In this document: piece by piece, positions 61,201-64,000 of the stretch
Numbering within the stretch: the stretch's first letter is position 1
How the letters are laid out: every line of letters begins with the position of its first letter
Assembly (NCBI GenBank): GCA_013239625.1
Contig: MU054338.1
Span: forward strand, 5,866,724-5,930,723
Length of the DNA: 64,000 nucleotides
DNA from: Lama guanicoe
Taxonomy: Eukaryota
Direction of reading: 5' to 3'
Made by a program: the position numbers and the translations under genes
The notes under the pieces: generated by a model
The model's database searches: none
What the model was told of the DNA's origin: nothing
Seen by the model: only the letters and a program-made list of their open reading frames with translations

Positions 61201-63850
61201 CTCTGAGCCTAATCATTGACTCCCAGTTCTCAACAACTGACTCTAACTCTGACGTATATTTGACTGTGGCTCCAGGTCAGAGCACCCAGCCCAACTGTCC
61301 CAGTGGTTTCCTTTCATTCTATTGAATCTATGACCCTAACCATTACTCCCAGTAATTATCTGACCTTGAATTCTATCCTTGCCCCAATTTGACTCCTCAG
61401 TCCCGCTCTGTGAATCACCATGTGACCTGCCAACCCAGCCATCTCATTGCATCCCTGAGACAACGACCCTGATGCTGTAATGATTTCATTTGTTACCCTG
61501 ACCTTGACATTTGTTGCCCAGTCCCTGGCTGCTCCCTGCAACATATACCCAAAACCCATCTCCTGACTGATTCTAATTCTCATTTCCCAACCCACCCACC
61601 CCACCTGGATCTTGACCCCTCAGTTACCGCATCTCCCGTGTCATTGAGCCGCCGGCCGCCTCCTGTCCTAGCTCCCCACGCATCCGGCGGCGAATCAGCC
61701 TCACCAAGCGCCTCAGTGCGTGAGTCTCAGGGAGTGTGTGGTGGGGTGGTGATGTGGGCAGAAATGGGGGCCGCTCCTGGCACTGTGTCTAGCCTCAGCC
61801 TCATCCCCTGTCCCTATTCTCAGGAAGCTGTCCCAAGAGAGAGGCTCATCCCCTGGGGGAAGTTCCGGGGACCCCTCATCCTCCACCTCCAGGTAAGCAT
61901 CCCGTTTGGTGAAGGGATTGCAAATGGCAGGGTCAGAGATCAGGGCAGCCATCCCACCTTCAATTCTGTGTCTTCCCCAGTCTGTCCCCAGCGTCCCCCC
62001 CATCCAGTCCTAGAATCAAGGACCCTCCTCCTGGCAGTCCTCCAGCTTCTCCAGGGCCCCAGGGCCCCAGCACCAAGGTACCAGGACTGTGTGTTCATAT
62101 GGGACTGCAGGCACCCAGGGCTGTGTGTGTGTGTGTGTGTGTGTGTGTTCATACACAGGATTTTGGGGCCAGGTATATGCCCAGGAGACTGTACACACAG
62201 TTGTCTAAGCACCCTGGATGTCTATCTGGGAGGCCCTGTGCCTCTCCGTGGCCCTGCTTGGGGGATTGTCCATCCATTATGCTCAAATTTGCATCAGAGC
62301 TTCCATTTGCCCACAGTGGCCCTCTGGGGTGCAATCACATACTTTTGCAAGGATATGTGTGTCTCCAGCATACCTAGAGGGGAGATGTGGGCATGAATTC
62401 CCACAACATCCATGGCACCATGTGCAGGGTAGTTCGTGGACATGGACTTGTGCACATACAATAATTGTGAACATATGTGTGTACTAACTGCTCTCTGGGC
62501 ACACAGAGTTGTTTGTGTGTGAACGTGGGTCATGTGTGAATTTGGGCATAAAAGTCTGTATGCAATGGGATGGCAAAGATGTGGGCTTGTGTTTGTATGT
62601 ACCCTGATTTCATGTCCCCAGGCTTGGGATGGGGGGGAAGGTGTGTTTAATACAGTGAGGGAGGGGCCTCATGCTCTCACCGCTCAGCCCCCACCCCCAC
62701 TGCCTACAGCTACCCCTGAGTCTGGACCTGTCAGGCCCCCGGTCTCTGGCCTTGCCCTTGAGTGGCCTTCACATCCCCTTCTCGGGGCAGCAGGGCTCAG
62801 AAGCCTGCATCATCCGCGTCAGCATGGACAACGACCACGGGAATCTGTATCGGAGCATCTTGGTGAGAGGCTGGGCCTGGGACCCAGTGGGGGCAGCCCT
62901 GTCCTGGGGGCTTAGGCCATCATAACTCACCTCCCACCCTCTCTTCCCAGCTCACTAGTCAGGACAAGGCCCCCATCGTGGTACAGCGAGCCTTGGAAAA
63001 GCACAATGTGGCCCAGTCTTGGGCCCGTGACTACCAGCTATTCCAAGTCCTTCCTGGGGACAGGGGTGAGCAGGGACAGCTTAGAGCCCGGGCTAGGGGG
63101 CATCTGGGAGGGCGGCAGACTGACCAGGGTGGTTCTGGGCACAGAGTAGGGGTCAGATGAAGCAGGCTCCAGGGTTAGAGGAAGAAAAATATTGGTATGC
63201 GGGGTCAGGGGGTTGTCCTGGCTCAGTGTGAGGGAAGCGGGCACTAAAAATGTCTCCCTAGGATTTGTGGGAAAATGAGATTGTCCAGGGTCAAATGGAA
63301 GAGGGAGGGTAGAAGGTTGTCTGGGCTTAAATCTGTAGAATTATGAGGTTGTTCAGGCTCAGCCCTCTGGAGTGAAAGACTGAGGGTGGCATGAACTTTG
63401 CTGGGAACTGGCTGCAGGGAGAAAGGGTGGGATGAGCAGGAAGTTGACTGGGATGAGTGGCCTGAATTTGCTTAAGCTCGCAGTGTAGGTTGTCTAGACC
63501 CTGAGGGAACTAGCAGGAGGTTGCCCAGGTTCCAAGTCAAAGAAGTTGTACAGGCTTCGAATGGGAAGCTGTCCAGGTTCCCAGTGAGGGAAGGATAAGG
63601 TTGGCTGAGCACTGGCTGGAGGGACCCAAGGTGGTTCAGTCTCCAGAGTGAATGGTGGAAGTTTATGTAAGTCCTTTGCGGGGAAGTGTGGGTTGTGTGG
63701 GCCTTTCACCATCCTCTCCACGCCTGGCCAGAGCTCCCAATTCCTGACAATGCCAATGTCTTCTACGCCATGAGCCCAGCCGCTCCGGGAGACTTCATGC
63801 TGCGGCGGAAGGAGAGGACCCAGCATACAACCTCAAACTCCCCGACCTGA
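52203..63850 (+). CDS. RGL3: Ral guanine nucleotide dissociation stimulator-like 3 (REM, RasGEF/CDC25, RA domains), 712 aa
   Basis: Exons 52203-52235, 52689-52802, 53425-53648, 53802-53855, 53977-54191, 57649-57791, 57879-58094, 58763-58866, 58979-59063, 60229-60288, 60397-60483, 60700-60732, 60819-60940, 61624-61719, 61824-61892, 61981-62077, 62710-62862, 62951-63065, 63732-63850; sum 2139 nt. Motifs [61 protein letters not shown]. Confidence 0.96.
56728..56853 (-). mobile_element. Short young L1 3' stub with 15-bp TSD
   Basis: polyT then TTTTATTGATTTATAATCATTTTACAATGTTGTGTCAAATTCC; TAGATGCACATTATT at 56713-56727 and 56854-56868. Confidence 0.75.
62122..62147. repeat. (TG)13 microsatellite in RGL3 intron 16
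   Basis: tgtgtgtgtgtgtgtgtgtgtgtgtg. Confidence 0.95.
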
Positions 63851-64000
63851 CGTGGCCCTCCCCTCCCTCCAGGAAATGGGCCCATGGGCAGCAAGGGGCC
63901 TGGCTTCCATCATCAGGGGGCAGAGGAGGGGGCTCCTCTCTGGAAAGCTCCTATTCTCCAGTATAGGCCATTGTGCTCTCTCTGCACCCTGTAAACCACC

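Overview
Mammalian genomic DNA, probably a camelid (inferred from repeated young tRNA-derived SINEs of the Vic-1 type), syntenic with human 19p13.2. Gene order: 3' part of ZNF653 (+), ELAVL3/HuC (+), PRKCSH (-), ODAD3/CCDC151 (+, head-to-head with PRKCSH) and RGL3 (+). All visible coding exons were placed by hand using splice sites and frame arithmetic. Most notable: (1) the 39-nt hinge exon 6 of ELAVL3 has an in-frame TAG plus two missense changes in an otherwise near-invariant protein, implying constitutive skipping or an NMD-escaping RRM3-less HuC; (2) ODAD3 exon 10 has GC at the donor position expected from the human protein and an in-frame GT 69 nt further on (+23 aa); (3) an ancient ~550-bp tandem array in ELAVL3 intron 1 (unknown ~200-bp element plus two opposed MIRs, x4); (4) a promoter-like CpG island between ZNF653 and ELAVL3 with RE1, CTCF, X-box and tandem CCAAT repeats. 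No wholly new biological system is demonstrable from sequence alone. Comparisons with orthologs and repeat consensuses are from memory, not from database searches. Six N blocks limit what can be seen.
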